From a virus, in IMG/VR virus record IMGVR_UViG_3300042731_011014, positions 1 to 64,000 of that record: 64,000 nucleotides of DNA; one strand, 5' to 3'. A program made the position numbers and the translations under genes. Under the pieces are notes generated by a model. It was given only the letters and a program-made list of their open reading frames with translations. It was not told the origin of the DNA and did no database searches. This document shows, piece by piece, positions 19,850 to 29,828 of the stretch. Position 1 is the stretch's first letter, and each line of letters starts with the position of its first letter.

Positions 19850-20060
19850 TTATATACCTGTGTGACCAAAAACCGCCAGATCCGCGGTCTGTCTTTGATA
19901 ACTCACTAATTTGAACAAAAACAGCTCTTACCACATCTTTTAAATATTCTGGTATTACTGCGTTTTTATGAAGTTTCTTGACAAAGAGGTCTTCTTTAAA
20001 ACAAACATACTCACTTATAAGATCCCCATTAGCATTGGTTAACTTGCCAACTTGAGTCAT
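19850..20060 (-). pseudogene. dut: Decayed trimeric dUTPase (internal deletion plus +1 frameshift)
   Basis: N-terminal FVKKLHKNAVIPEY joins directly to C-terminal VFVQISELSKTDRGSGGF. Removing one T from the T5 run gives GGT TTT GGT CAC ACA GGT ATA TAA = GFGHTGI*, i.e. motif 5. Motifs 1-4 are absent. Confidence 0.82.
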
Positions 20061-20062
20061 AA

Positions 20063-21181
20063 CTACAGTCTCCTTGGCATAACTACACCTAAGTACTTAT
20101 CATCATCCTGTTTAAATATAATAGGTGCAAGGCCGTTTTTCTCTTCAAAAAACATCAGCACACCATCACCATCAACTCTAGATACAAAATCCTCAACATA
20201 TTTAGGAGTTAACATAAATTCAACTCCATCGCCGTTGTAATCAATATCTATTCTCTCTACAGCTATGCCAAATTGATTCTTTACGACACTAAGCTCCATT
20301 ATTTTATTTTTGATAATAAATTTGCACCCATCATCTGGCATGTCTTTTTCTTTTTTTCCAGCTAAAAACATAATTGACAGTCTTTTTAAAGCATCAATTA
20401 TATCCTTCTTTTTTATTGCAATTTTACTACTATTATCTTTGGGTATTATACTATCAAGATCTTGAATCTTAGCCTCCGCAAGCGATATTGATAGTTGTCT
20501 ATTGCCTGATTTTAAGAATAGAATATCGCCACCATTTATTCGGCCCGAAACAACAATGTCTAGATCTTCGTCTGTAATAAAATTTAACACCATGTTAACC
20601 GAATCCTTAGGAATACATATCTTATCTTTGCCTAAATTACATTTAATGTCGGTATTCAACATAGCCAACCTGTGACCATCAACTGCCATAGAACGTACCT
20701 CGCTAGCAAGATCTATTATAACAGAATTAGTAAGCGCTCTTGATTTATCATTACTAGCAGCAAATGATACTTTTTTAATCATTTCAGATAAAACTTTACC
20801 ACTTATTTTTTTAAACTCAACATTGCGTGGCTCATGAATTTTTGGAAACAAATCACTCTCACCTATGGCAAGCTCATACTTAGATCTACCGCTTCTGATA
20901 ATAATCGAATTACCACTTCTAAATAATTCTACACTTTTGCTTTTTGCAAATTTTAAAATTCCACCGAAAACCTTAGCATCAATAAGGCACCTACCTGGCT
21001 CATTACTATCAACCTTTACTCGGCCAACCATTGATACAGTTAAGCTGGTAACGGCATACTCAAGTATATCGTCACTTACAGTCAAAAGAACATTTCTCGT
21101 CATATCAACCGTGGATTTCTTAGAAGAAATATCTGACGCCAAAGAAAAATCCAAATCGGCAACATTTATTATTGCATGCAT
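20063..21181 (-). CDS. dnaN: DNA polymerase III beta sliding clamp
   Basis: 372 aa; AVDGHRLA, C-terminal VVMPRR, three-domain length and N-terminal pattern of DnaN. Confidence 0.9.
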   Translation of the reverse strand: MHAIINVADLDFSLASDISSKKSTVDMTRNVLLTVSDDILEYAVTSLTVSMVGRVKVDSNEPGRCLIDAKVFGGILKFAKSKSVELFRSGNSIIIRSGRSKYELAIGESDLFPKIHEPRNVEFKKISGKVLSEMIKKVSFAASNDKSRALTNSVIIDLASEVRSMAVDGHRLAMLNTDIKCNLGKDKICIPKDSVNMVLNFITDEDLDIVVSGRINGGDILFLKSGNRQLSISLAEAKIQDLDSIIPKDNSSKIAIKKKDIIDALKRLSIMFLAGKKEKDMPDDGCKFIIKNKIMELSVVKNQFGIAVERIDIDYNGDGVEFMLTPKYVEDFVSRVDGDGVLMFFEEKNGLAPIIFKQDDDKYLGVVMPRRL

Positions 21182-21449
21182 TGATCACCATATATGCTGT
21201 TTACTAAACTATAGCATGTAAACAATTGACTACAATACCTATTTTCATTTTTTTAGCAAATCGTTGTTCATGAGTCTATTTGCCAACACTTTTGAAGCAA
21301 GATCTTTGCCAAGATCCTTTCTCATAGCAAGCACAATTTTTCTTGGAATTCTTACTTCGTTTCTTCTTAACTTTATTGTCAAAACGTCCGACTTGATTTT
21401 GTGAACAATTTTAATTATGTACGATGATATCTCTTGATAATACTTGAAA

Positions 21450-22328
21450 TTATGATTTATTTTCATTTTTGGTATTACTTTCGACAACTCCAGTATCAAC
21501 ATAATCTTTGAACTTTTTAACAACTGAAATCATTACATTATTTATATTTAAGTTATTACTCCTACAAAAATCCTTAACTATATCCATTTGTTTCATCATT
21601 TTTTTATCCATCTCGACAAAAAGATGATCTTTACCTCCAAATGAGAAAACCATGAAGCTATGCTTTAAATCGTTTCCGTACTTGGTAAAAAGCTTCCTAA
21701 GAATCATACTTAAATCATCGATAGATTTCACATTTTCAGTACTCTTATCTAGCTCCTTAACTATCTCTTTGGGTAATCCCGATCCTTTTAATGCACCTCT
21801 AACACTTGTCATAAGAGACTGAAAGGCCCTGGTATCAGTGAAAGCAAGCAACCCCTTAAGCTCATCATCAGTATACTTCTTAACCATATCACCAAAATGC
21901 TGCGTAAACTTCCTTGGATCAATCTTACCATGGAGCTGGTTGAATCTAACAACCATTTGCTTTTGAAGCTCATCATCTTTGGCAAATTTCTCATTTTTCA
22001 TTACTATTGCTGGGACATTTTTCATTCCCAATACCTTAGCCGCAGACCATCTATGCTCGCCACCAATGATCCTATAAAATGGCTCACCTGTCTTATCATC
22101 AATAATTCTAACAACCTGAATGGGCACATTGAATCCAACATCCTGAATCTCTGAAACTAACCTATTAAAGGCAGGATCATCCATTGCGTTTGGATTCCAT
22201 GGATTTTTTGTTATCTTATTTACATTTAAAACCATATACTCCAAATGATCAAACGGAGTCTTCTTATTACTTTCCTTATTCCCGGATGGCCTCCACTCAG
22301 GAATATTGTCGATACTTTCCTTAGTCAT
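21450..22328 (-). CDS. ParB/Srx N-terminal-domain protein
   Basis: NPWNPNAM...FNRLVSEIQDVGFNVPIQV...IIGGEHRWSAAKVLGMKNVPAIV. Confidence 0.85.
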   Translation of the reverse strand: MTKESIDNIPEWRPSGNKESNKKTPFDHLEYMVLNVNKITKNPWNPNAMDDPAFNRLVSEIQDVGFNVPIQVVRIIDDKTGEPFYRIIGGEHRWSAAKVLGMKNVPAIVMKNEKFAKDDELQKQMVVRFNQLHGKIDPRKFTQHFGDMVKKYTDDELKGLLAFTDTRAFQSLMTSVRGALKGSGLPKEIVKELDKSTENVKSIDDLSMILRKLFTKYGNDLKHSFMVFSFGGKDHLFVEMDKKMMKQMDIVKDFCRSNNLNINNVMISVVKKFKDYVDTGVVESNTKNENKS

Positions 22329-22535
22329 TAGTTATTCCTTTTTTTTATCGTCGGCATTATCATAAGCTCTCTTTTTGGTAAGCCAGTCACCTCAGCCAAA
22401 CTTTCAAGCAAAGATGCTACTGCCTTTGAATGATTATATGTACCCGGCGATCTTTCCCTTAATCTTACCATCAGAGGGTAATTGGTATCTAGAACATTAG
22501 GCTTTTCGTCCTCACTACTCATGTTCAACTCCAAA

Positions 22536-23813
22536 TTAAATTCTCCTAAACTCTACTTCGCCGGCAGAGCCAATATCACTGAACCCTAGCTCGAGCAAAA
22601 TCTTTCTAACATGAAATTTATTCAATTTATCGCCACCTCTCGACTTCCATTTTTTATTTCTTTTCAGCATATCAAATGCGCCTTGAAGCGATATTACCTC
22701 CTCTTTTTTAACCCCTGATTCTTCGGCTGCACTTATTACCCAATTAGCCATTTTCCTAACTGGCGCCATCTTGAATGCCTTACCTATTGCAGCTATTATA
22801 CCATCAGACACCGTCTTATTATTAAATAAATCTTCGTAAAACTCCCTTAGTTTTGTCCAGTCAATATCTCCCCTAGATCTCTCAACTTTAACCAAAACAT
22901 ATTTAATACAACTAATAAGATGCTTCTCTTCGTAAACAACGAATGGATACCATGATGGAACTAACCCTTTCATCCAATCTTTCCATAAAAAAACACCTAC
23001 CATCCCAGACAGTAGCATCTCAAGATATTTGGGCCAATCCGAACTATTACTTGATGCGCAAACAAAAACATCTGAATCATTGATGCCATCACTATTAATT
23101 GCAGACACAAATGGAAAAGAACCCCACCTATCATGTACCCTCTCAATATCCTTGTCAGCAACCTTGACCTCAAAATCCATTCCAATTCTATATAATTTCT
23201 CTAACGCATTAACAATAATATTAAAATTTTTACTTTCATCATCGGCTCTATAGCAAAATAAAGTTGGAATATCATTTTTTCTTGTAATAAACCTTGGGAA
23301 ATCTATTGCAGAAAACACAGTAAACATTCGATCACAAAAAACTTTAACATTAGATGCATTTAAAAACTTCCCAGCATTTTCAATCATAACATCCATATCA
23401 TGTATTGTACTAAAAACGCTAACATCACACATGCAGTTACATACGCTAAAAATATCGCCCCCATCTATCGTATTAATCATATTTACTATAGGCAAGTAAA
23501 CACTGTGCAGTCCATCACTATCCATCGCAGATCTGATAAAATATGAATAACTAACATTTTGGTTTATTATCGCATCAAACATAATATCAGTAACATCTGG
23601 TCTTAATAAATCGATAATTCTCTCGCTTAGAACACTTTCTCCAATATTCACCCTTCTACATCTAATATTTTTTGTTATCAAATAAACCCTATCATCCTGA
23701 GATCTTGACGGGAGAATAACCTCAACTATATGACCCTGGTTGGACATTGTAACGACTACTTTTTTTGTAGCACCATCTAACTCGTCGCTACTTAGCAAAA
23801 AAGCTATCCTCAT
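22536..23813 (-). CDS. Divergent GT-B (GT4-like) glycosyltransferase
   Basis: MRIAFL..., GHIVEVI, KNFNIIVNALEKL, SDVFVCAS...LEMLLSG resemble GT4 landmarks, but the usual E-x7-E motif is only partly present. Confidence 0.5.
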   Translation of the reverse strand: MRIAFLLSSDELDGATKKVVVTMSNQGHIVEVILPSRSQDDRVYLITKNIRCRRVNIGESVLSERIIDLLRPDVTDIMFDAIINQNVSYSYFIRSAMDSDGLHSVYLPIVNMINTIDGGDIFSVCNCMCDVSVFSTIHDMDVMIENAGKFLNASNVKVFCDRMFTVFSAIDFPRFITRKNDIPTLFCYRADDESKNFNIIVNALEKLYRIGMDFEVKVADKDIERVHDRWGSFPFVSAINSDGINDSDVFVCASSNSSDWPKYLEMLLSGMVGVFLWKDWMKGLVPSWYPFVVYEEKHLISCIKYVLVKVERSRGDIDWTKLREFYEDLFNNKTVSDGIIAAIGKAFKMAPVRKMANWVISAAEESGVKKEEVISLQGAFDMLKRNKKWKSRGGDKLNKFHVRKILLELGFSDIGSAGEVEFRRI

Positions 23814-24490
23814 AAAAATCTCCCGATTAAATTATTAGCCCTCTTGTTGATGTTACATACTCCACCAATAGACTCTAAATACTCTTTACTAATTGATTTG
23901 CCATCAATAATTAACTTTCCGCGAGCTATATATATTGGCGTATTGGATAAAATATAATTCTGAACTATGCCAGATTTCTTCAAAACTCCTACCGTGACAT
24001 CAGTTAAAGATTTTCTCTCTGACATTCTAAATACAATTACATCCCTTATGATACGGTTACACCTATTACACATAGTAGAAATAGTTAGTGTTTTTTTTCT
24101 TTTACATAAAGAACATCTACTATTAATAAAATCAATCTTTGACGCGCTATCAGCGATCTCATTGGGACCAATTGGTATTCTAAATTTTAGATTAATACTA
24201 ACCTTATCATTTAATACATCTTTATCAATGATAAGAGGTCTATTAGTAGAACAATTAATCCTTTCCCTAAACTTCACTCTGCCACGTCTTTTAGCCCTAA
24301 AGCAATTACGCATTATCTTATCGTATGATTTCGATATCCATTTAATCAGATCTTTCAAATCCCTTGCGCAGTAAGTCGCAAGTCTTACACCTTCCTCATA
24401 ATCAAAAACCTCAACCACGCCATCTTCAGAATATAATCTAAAAGAAAAGCCATGCATTTCATATTCGCTGTCAAATTTCTCCTTGGCCAT
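23810..24490 (-). CDS. Hypothetical protein with CxxC...CxxC motif
   Basis: CSLCKR...CNRCNR; coupled to both neighbours. Confidence 0.55.
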   Translation of the reverse strand: MAKEKFDSEYEMHGFSFRLYSEDGVVEVFDYEEGVRLATYCARDLKDLIKWISKSYDKIMRNCFRAKRRGRVKFRERINCSTNRPLIIDKDVLNDKVSINLKFRIPIGPNEIADSASKIDFINSRCSLCKRKKTLTISTMCNRCNRIIRDVIVFRMSERKSLTDVTVGVLKKSGIVQNYILSNTPIYIARGKLIIDGKSISKEYLESIGGVCNINKRANNLIGRFL

Positions 24491-25215
24491 TACAACTTTA
24501 TCCCTGAGGTATCTAGATCGATTAGTATTGCCTTCCTATTGCTTTTTCTTGCAACTCGACCGACAACACCAGATCCGGCAAAAACATCAAGCACAGTCTC
24601 CCCTTTAACGGATGACATGCGCATAAGTACACCAATTAAGGCATCCGGCTTTTGAGTCGGAAATCCACCAGTAGGCGGCCTATATGGAAGAACGTCCGGA
24701 ATACCAAAACTCCTAATCTTCCTTTTACCCTTCTGAAAGAAAAGAATAAAATCTTTTGACTTTCTATAATGATATCCCATCCTAAACCAAACATTCTCTA
24801 GAACTAACCTGTCTGCTTCAATATCCCTTTTTGATCTTACCCACACCAGATCGTTAGCAAAATCAAAACCAGCAACCAACCAAGGCGGTGGACCATATGA
24901 CTTTTTCTTAATAACATCATAGCCGCTCATAACCATTATTTTAGTTGCAGTATCAGCGAACATGTACAAATGACTATCTTTTTTAAGAACCCTATAAAGT
25001 TCACAAAACAACGAAGCATAGCTTTCATTTTTAAACGGCTCACTCCACCATCCATCCTTAGTAGACATTTTTCTTATATTATTCTTTCCACCATACCTAT
25101 GAATCTCAATCGACTCATATCCAGGATCAGTAATTATCAAATCAATACTTCCATCATCGATTTCTTTAAGAACATCTAGGCAGTTACCCTGAATAATCTT
25201 AACATCTTCACTCAT
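24490..25215 (-). CDS. N4-cytosine/N6-adenine DNA methyltransferase (beta class)
   Basis: SIDLIITDPGY (DPPY variant), PTQKP, VLDVFAGSG. Confidence 0.88.
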   Translation of the reverse strand: MSEDVKIIQGNCLDVLKEIDDGSIDLIITDPGYESIEIHRYGGKNNIRKMSTKDGWWSEPFKNESYASLFCELYRVLKKDSHLYMFADTATKIMVMSGYDVIKKKSYGPPPWLVAGFDFANDLVWVRSKRDIEADRLVLENVWFRMGYHYRKSKDFILFFQKGKRKIRSFGIPDVLPYRPPTGGFPTQKPDALIGVLMRMSSVKGETVLDVFAGSGVVGRVARKSNRKAILIDLDTSGIKL

Positions 25216-25990
25216 TATCCTCTACCTTATCGGATCCACCATAGATTACCTCACCCGTATTTCGATCTGTTACAGTAAACTTAAATTGCGTAAGTATCGA
25301 CTCAAACTTACGAAAATAAGCCATTAACTGAGCCCTCGGCGCATCACCAGTTTTAAACAAGTTTGTAGCAACAAAATCTTGAGCAATAAATGATAACAAT
25401 GCAGGTTTTGAGCTATTCTCGCTTATCTCCTTAGCTTTTTCGATAGCCTCCTCAATTATCTCTCGCTGATCTTCAAAAAGCTTTACTTGAAATGTCTTAA
25501 GTCCAGATATTTTTTTCTCACTGTCACTACTGCTGTCACCTTCACCTTGTGGTCGCTTTATCTGAGCACATGTTGCCTCAAGCTGAGGTCTGTTCATCTC
25601 TTTCGCTTTCTTAATCCACTCATCAGCATTTTCACTATTAATTACGTCAACCATTGAGACAAGTTTTGATATACCAATTTTTTCATCAACCATTCTTGTT
25701 AATAAGTCAATACCACCAACCTGGACTACATAATAGTTCCATACTTGAATCATTCTCTGGGCAGTCCTGATCTTCATATCAAGTTCCTGATTGGCGTATT
25801 CCTCAAGGTTTTTGTAACCCCAATCTAAATACATTGCCTCATTACTGATATGATACAGAATACCAGCCTGTTCAATTAAGCCGTCCTCAATTGTACCGGC
25901 GACAGAGATCATATAATCTCTAATTTCCTCAGAAACTAAATCACTAATTCCTTTACCTTTATACTTCAGTATCTCCGAAGTCATTGTCAA
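25208..25990 (-). CDS. Hypothetical phage DNA-binding-like protein
   Basis: 260-aa ORF coupled to the MTase gene; helical pattern LEEYANQELDMKIRTAQRMI. Confidence 0.55.
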   Translation of the reverse strand: MTMTSEILKYKGKGISDLVSEEIRDYMISVAGTIEDGLIEQAGILYHISNEAMYLDWGYKNLEEYANQELDMKIRTAQRMIQVWNYYVVQVGGIDLLTRMVDEKIGISKLVSMVDVINSENADEWIKKAKEMNRPQLEATCAQIKRPQGEGDSSSDSEKKISGLKTFQVKLFEDQREIIEEAIEKAKEISENSSKPALLSFIAQDFVATNLFKTGDAPRAQLMAYFRKFESILTQFKFTVTDRNTGEVIYGGSDKVEDNE

Positions 25991-26402
25991 GAACTCCTTT
26001 TTTATTGGCCTCTATTCTATTTACTATTTCGTTAAATAAATCTCTGTACAGATCTGGAAACCGCTCCCTAAGAACTTCAATGGTTATATTATTTAAAATT
26101 CTCTCATCGCATTTTGGCACAAAAATTATGTTTCTAGCTCTCGTTTCAAGTATAATCTCCCCTTTGCTCACACCCAATCTATTCATTAATTCACCATGAA
26201 TTATTGCATATTTCCCAGATCGCAGCTTTTTTCTGCATATTTCAACTAACCCACCATAAACATTAACTCGAACACGAGTTGTTGTGTTTCGATCATCAAT
26301 AGCAAGAACAAATGAACAGCATTCTACGCTTTCCCTTGTTCTTGCATATCTAATGGAAGCACCAACATTGCCACTCCCATACCATGAATTAGTGCCCCTC
26401 AT
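25959..26402 (-). CDS. ssb: Bacterial-type single-stranded DNA-binding protein (OB fold)
   Basis: GNVG..IRY..T...CSFVLAID...RVNVYG.LVEIC.KKLRSG....IHGEL matches the SSB OB-fold pattern. Confidence 0.7.
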   Translation of the reverse strand: MRGTNSWYGSGNVGASIRYARTRESVECCSFVLAIDDRNTTTRVRVNVYGGLVEICRKKLRSGKYAIIHGELMNRLGVSKGEIILETRARNIIFVPKCDERILNNITIEVLRERFPDLYRDLFNEIVNRIEANKKGVLDNDFGDTEV

Positions 26403-27019
26403 TTTTTCCCCTTTTTTCTTTTATATTTTTTTCTCTTTGATGCATTATCGTAGGTTTTCCTAGTATCATCATCCCAATAGCACCGAAAACTAGGTGACCC
26501 ATTTTCGCCATACAATCTATCATGTTGCAAAACAGCAACCGCAAAAGCGTCATTTTCATCAAATGTTTTAAACAAAATACCGCGATCTACTAAAAAATCA
26601 GCAACCTGCTTTTTTGGGTTCTTCTTTTTTGGAGCGCCAATAAGATTCCTTCTTGCCTCAGTTGCAGTGCATGTACAGGGAACAACATGTAACCTAGATA
26701 ACAAATCGCTCTTAATTACACCTCCAAGCTCGGCAAGATCAAAGGTTTTACCAATCATACTGTATGCATAGTCCTCAATCATTACATACCTAACACTGAA
26801 CTCCTTAACAATATTACATATCTTCTCAGATATTAACTGCAATCGTCTAATCTTACCTCTAGTCGAAGTACCTTTTTCCAGTACAAAACCCACAGTTGTA
26901 CTATAGATTTGATCAAAATCAATGCTTTCGGCTGAGAATTTAGACCCCAATATAACCACACCTGAACATCTAAGAGACAGATCTAACCCCATCACGTTCC
27001 CACGATCTGAACAATCCAT
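26399..27019 (-). CDS. RuvC-like Holliday junction resolvase
   Basis: MGLDLSL..SG, VMIEDY, LAELGGVIK, ENDAFAVA. Confidence 0.82.
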   Translation of the reverse strand: MDCSDRGNVMGLDLSLRCSGVVILGSKFSAESIDFDQIYSTTVGFVLEKGTSTRGKIRRLQLISEKICNIVKEFSVRYVMIEDYAYSMIGKTFDLAELGGVIKSDLLSRLHVVPCTCTATEARRNLIGAPKKKNPKKQVADFLVDRGILFKTFDENDAFAVAVLQHDRLYGENGSPSFRCYWDDDTRKTYDNASKRKKYKRKKGKK

Positions 27020-27906
27020 TACTTAAACCTCTTTGAAAAACAATCTTCCGCAACATTGCAATCTTTAGCACGTGCATCGCTCCTGGAAGTACATATTTCC
27101 CTTCCTGGAACAACTCCACTCCTAATTGACTTCCTGAGTGAATCAATCCATCTCTTCACTCTATTATCAATGAATTTATCATTATGACAAACATCGATCA
27201 TCCAAAGATAATTATCAAATCCTTTAAATGGCGTTGCATCTTTATTAATATAAATCATCTTACCCTTGGAATATCCAGTAATCCAAAGATAAATTTTCAA
27301 CTGAATAAGATAAGTATTATCAACAGATCCTTCTTTTTTTGGCGATTTCATTAGCTTATTATAGCCTAAGCTTCTAGCTGTTTTTATTTCACCAACGAAA
27401 TTCTCATTATTAAAAATTAAAAATGTATCAGGGTGACCAGCTATCCTATAATCCTGATTGCAAACCATTTCCTCCGTATAAGAAAACCTATCCAATCCAC
27501 ATTGATCACATTTCTGAGGAAACTTCACCCTATACCCGTTCCCTTTTAACCTATTATAATCAGACTGATAAACCTTACCAAATCCTTTCCCGCAATTCTT
27601 ACACATCCAGGAACCTATCAAGTAACCCTTGGGACCAAGCCATTCATCCCGAAACATATCACCCAATGAGCTGCCCATATTAAATGTAAATAGCATTTTA
27701 GGCAAATCAATGCGATACCTTGTTACTCCCAGAATAGAGCAAATAGCCTCCTCTCTAGGACACATTCTTCCAAAATCATGAACCCTAATCCAATCATCAG
27801 CCTTGAGAGGAGGCTTTTCTCTTTTTCGACCTTCGCCGCCTAGTATTTCCTCAACAAAGTCGGCAGATCTCTTTTCCTTGACCCCCTTGATTACATCAAC
27901 CAACAT
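27019..27906 (-). CDS. Cas4-like PD-(D/E)xK exonuclease with Fe-S cysteines
   Basis: CPRE near the N-terminus, GHPD...GEIKT, QLKIY, C-terminal C-x8-C-x5-C; no CRISPR or cas1 nearby. Confidence 0.8.
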   Translation of the reverse strand: MLVDVIKGVKEKRSADFVEEILGGEGRKREKPPLKADDWIRVHDFGRMCPREEAICSILGVTRYRIDLPKMLFTFNMGSSLGDMFRDEWLGPKGYLIGSWMCKNCGKGFGKVYQSDYNRLKGNGYRVKFPQKCDQCGLDRFSYTEEMVCNQDYRIAGHPDTFLIFNNENFVGEIKTARSLGYNKLMKSPKKEGSVDNTYLIQLKIYLWITGYSKGKMIYINKDATPFKGFDNYLWMIDVCHNDKFIDNRVKRWIDSLRKSIRSGVVPGREICTSRSDARAKDCNVAEDCFSKRFK

Positions 27907-29002
27907 GCGTCACCGGAGTCGGTAGCCCAAGATCTTTTACTCTACTAAGTAGTGCTTTTTTGGTCTTCCATCCACATATACCGTCAACCCTTAGTGGTCT
28001 TTTTCCTTTTCTTTTCCTTGCCTTATACGCATGAGTGCTTCTTTGAAAATACCTAATAGCTTTCTTAAAACTACTTGATTTGTAACAGTCATCATCAATA
28101 TTGTACCCAAGATCTTTCAATTGGCGCAAAATAACACCAAGATACTTGCCAATGTGACTATCATGAATAAGGGATTTATCATCCTTGCAGTATTCTCTTA
28201 TTGGTATTAGTTCACATCTTGGTTCATCTTCAGAGATCCATGCGCTATAGCCTTTCATATTAATAACTCCATCAAGACTATCCGCGCTAACATACCCTTT
28301 TAGCCATGATCTTTTTCTGTTACCAAAAATCGCATTCCTGATATTACCCAAAGGAAAAAGTACTCCAGTATCACTTTTGGTCGCCCACACGCATTGATGG
28401 GAAAGGATGTTGTCTGGGATGAACAAATCAAACATTCCTTTAGCAATAATACCTATGCTTATATTTGAAACAATCTGCTCTTTAGTGTAAGGCTCCCACT
28501 CCTTTCCATTAATAATCATTCCATTTTTACCGAGAGCAGCTAACCCCCCCTTTAATTTAGCATACCCGCTATGGCCAGTATTTCTATTTTCAACACCAAT
28601 CAAAAATTTGTTCGTCCAATTCCCGTGCCATGTTCCACGATCCCAGCTTGCCATGATAATCGTTGGAACAGGGAACAAACTACGTAACCAAAAAGGACAA
28701 AGATCACTCCACAAGCTTCCAATAATATTATCCTCTACCCTGTCAAATACCGTCACATGCCATGAAGATCCAGTATTACCCCATGACGGTTTATTCCCCC
28801 ATTTCATTGATTTAAGCCCATTTGGGCCACCGGTATAGTGATATAATATTCCGCTTGGACCTCCTTTTTGCCATGGCCTTGTTCGATTTACAGGCAATAT
28901 TGGCTCAGGTAACATCTTGCACTTTTTCAAAATCTTCTCAGATATATCCTTAAGGCAAGTGTAGATCTCGTATGCCTTTTCCTTTTTCACGGACACCTCC
29001 AC
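27896..29002 (-). CDS. N-acetylmuramoyl-L-alanine amidase (Amidase_2) with C-terminal peptidoglycan-binding domain
   Basis: ILYHYTGG, SSWHV, IGVEN, ILSHQ...KSDTG; C-terminal QLKDLGY...AIRYFQ...LRVDGICGWKT. Confidence 0.82.
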   Translation of the reverse strand: MEVSVKKEKAYEIYTCLKDISEKILKKCKMLPEPILPVNRTRPWQKGGPSGILYHYTGGPNGLKSMKWGNKPSWGNTGSSWHVTVFDRVEDNIIGSLWSDLCPFWLRSLFPVPTIIMASWDRGTWHGNWTNKFLIGVENRNTGHSGYAKLKGGLAALGKNGMIINGKEWEPYTKEQIVSNISIGIIAKGMFDLFIPDNILSHQCVWATKSDTGVLFPLGNIRNAIFGNRKRSWLKGYVSADSLDGVINMKGYSAWISEDEPRCELIPIREYCKDDKSLIHDSHIGKYLGVILRQLKDLGYNIDDDCYKSSSFKKAIRYFQRSTHAYKARKRKGKRPLRVDGICGWKTKKALLSRVKDLGLPTPVTHVG

Positions 29003-29060
29003 TTTATCCTTGAATTACAGTTATCCATTCCCCAACATCATCTATGTACCAGGCGATTGA

Positions 29061-29384
29061 TTACACCTCTTGAGCTATCTCCGGCTCAACATCGGATGGT
29101 TCGGTAACCATACCACCATTCTTTCCGTCATCCGTAACAGATTCTTTTTCGGATTGTTTCCGCTTTTTATAATCAACCGTGCGCATCTCACCTATTAGCC
29201 TTTTGATTTTATCTGCACACACTTTGCACAAATCGGCGTATATAATCTCCTCCCCTAAAAAATCAATAACCAAATCATTAGGTGATTCAATATCAGGTGC
29301 GTTTTCATCAACATCGCACTTCTCGAATACACGCGGACACCTATCGCATTTTTTCTCGATAACAACTTTTTTCGTGATCATCAA
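29061..29384 (-). CDS. Hypothetical protein (CDRC...CKVC)
   Basis: Zn-binding pattern; operon context. Confidence 0.55.
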   Translation of the reverse strand: MMITKKVVIEKKCDRCPRVFEKCDVDENAPDIESPNDLVIDFLGEEIIYADLCKVCADKIKRLIGEMRTVDYKKRKQSEKESVTDDGKNGGMVTEPSDVEPEIAQEV

Positions 29385-29393
29385 ATTTCTCCT

Positions 29394-29828
29394 TTATGTG
29401 AGTAACTTCCTTTTAATAAGCTCCTCACGAAGTTCGAGCTTTCTATCTCCACTCGTTGTGTCTCTAAATTCCTTTGTAATTCTCATTGTGCCTAATAGCC
29501 TAATAATACACAATGCAAAAGCTAAGTTACTCGGTTCACCTCCATTAAATCTATCCATTGCAACAAAAAGTACCATCATTGGTTTATCTTCACCTTTACT
29601 CTTTAATGATACCAATGATCCCTTTATCAACTCATCAACTCTAGGTAAAATACTTTCGTTAGTTTTTTCCCAGTCTATATTAACCCTGTTGCCATTAATA
29701 ATCATATTAGGCATAGAAACATTATCTATTGAACTAACTGCTCTATATATTACTTTTACTACATCAATATACCTACCTTTCCTCCGATCATTAAGTTCAT
29801 CGTATTCTCTAAATATATCGTCACCCAT
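29394..29828 (-). CDS. Hypothetical protein
   Basis: 144-aa ORF coupled to neighbours. Confidence 0.55.
   Translation of the reverse strand: MGDDIFREYDELNDRRKGRYIDVVKVIYRAVSSIDNVSMPNMIINGNRVNIDWEKTNESILPRVDELIKGSLVSLKSKGEDKPMMVLFVAMDRFNGGEPSNLAFALCIIRLLGTMRITKEFRDTTSGDRKLELREELIKRKLLT

Larger units (their letters stand above)
18100..19858 (-). mobile_element. IS607-family insertion sequence (tnpA + tnpB)
   Basis: Overlapping serine-recombinase tnpA and tnpB; visibly more GC-rich than the flanks. Right end at ...TTCAACAACGG (GG 18100-18101). Left end approximate, with a GG candidate at 19857-19858 and TATAGAC/TTGACA direct repeats upstream of tnpA. Confidence 0.88.

Noticed and set aside
27019-27906. 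Cas4-like gene as part of a CRISPR-Cas locus
   Set aside because: No cas1/cas2 or repeat-spacer array seen; solo Cas4-like exonucleases are common in phage recombination modules.
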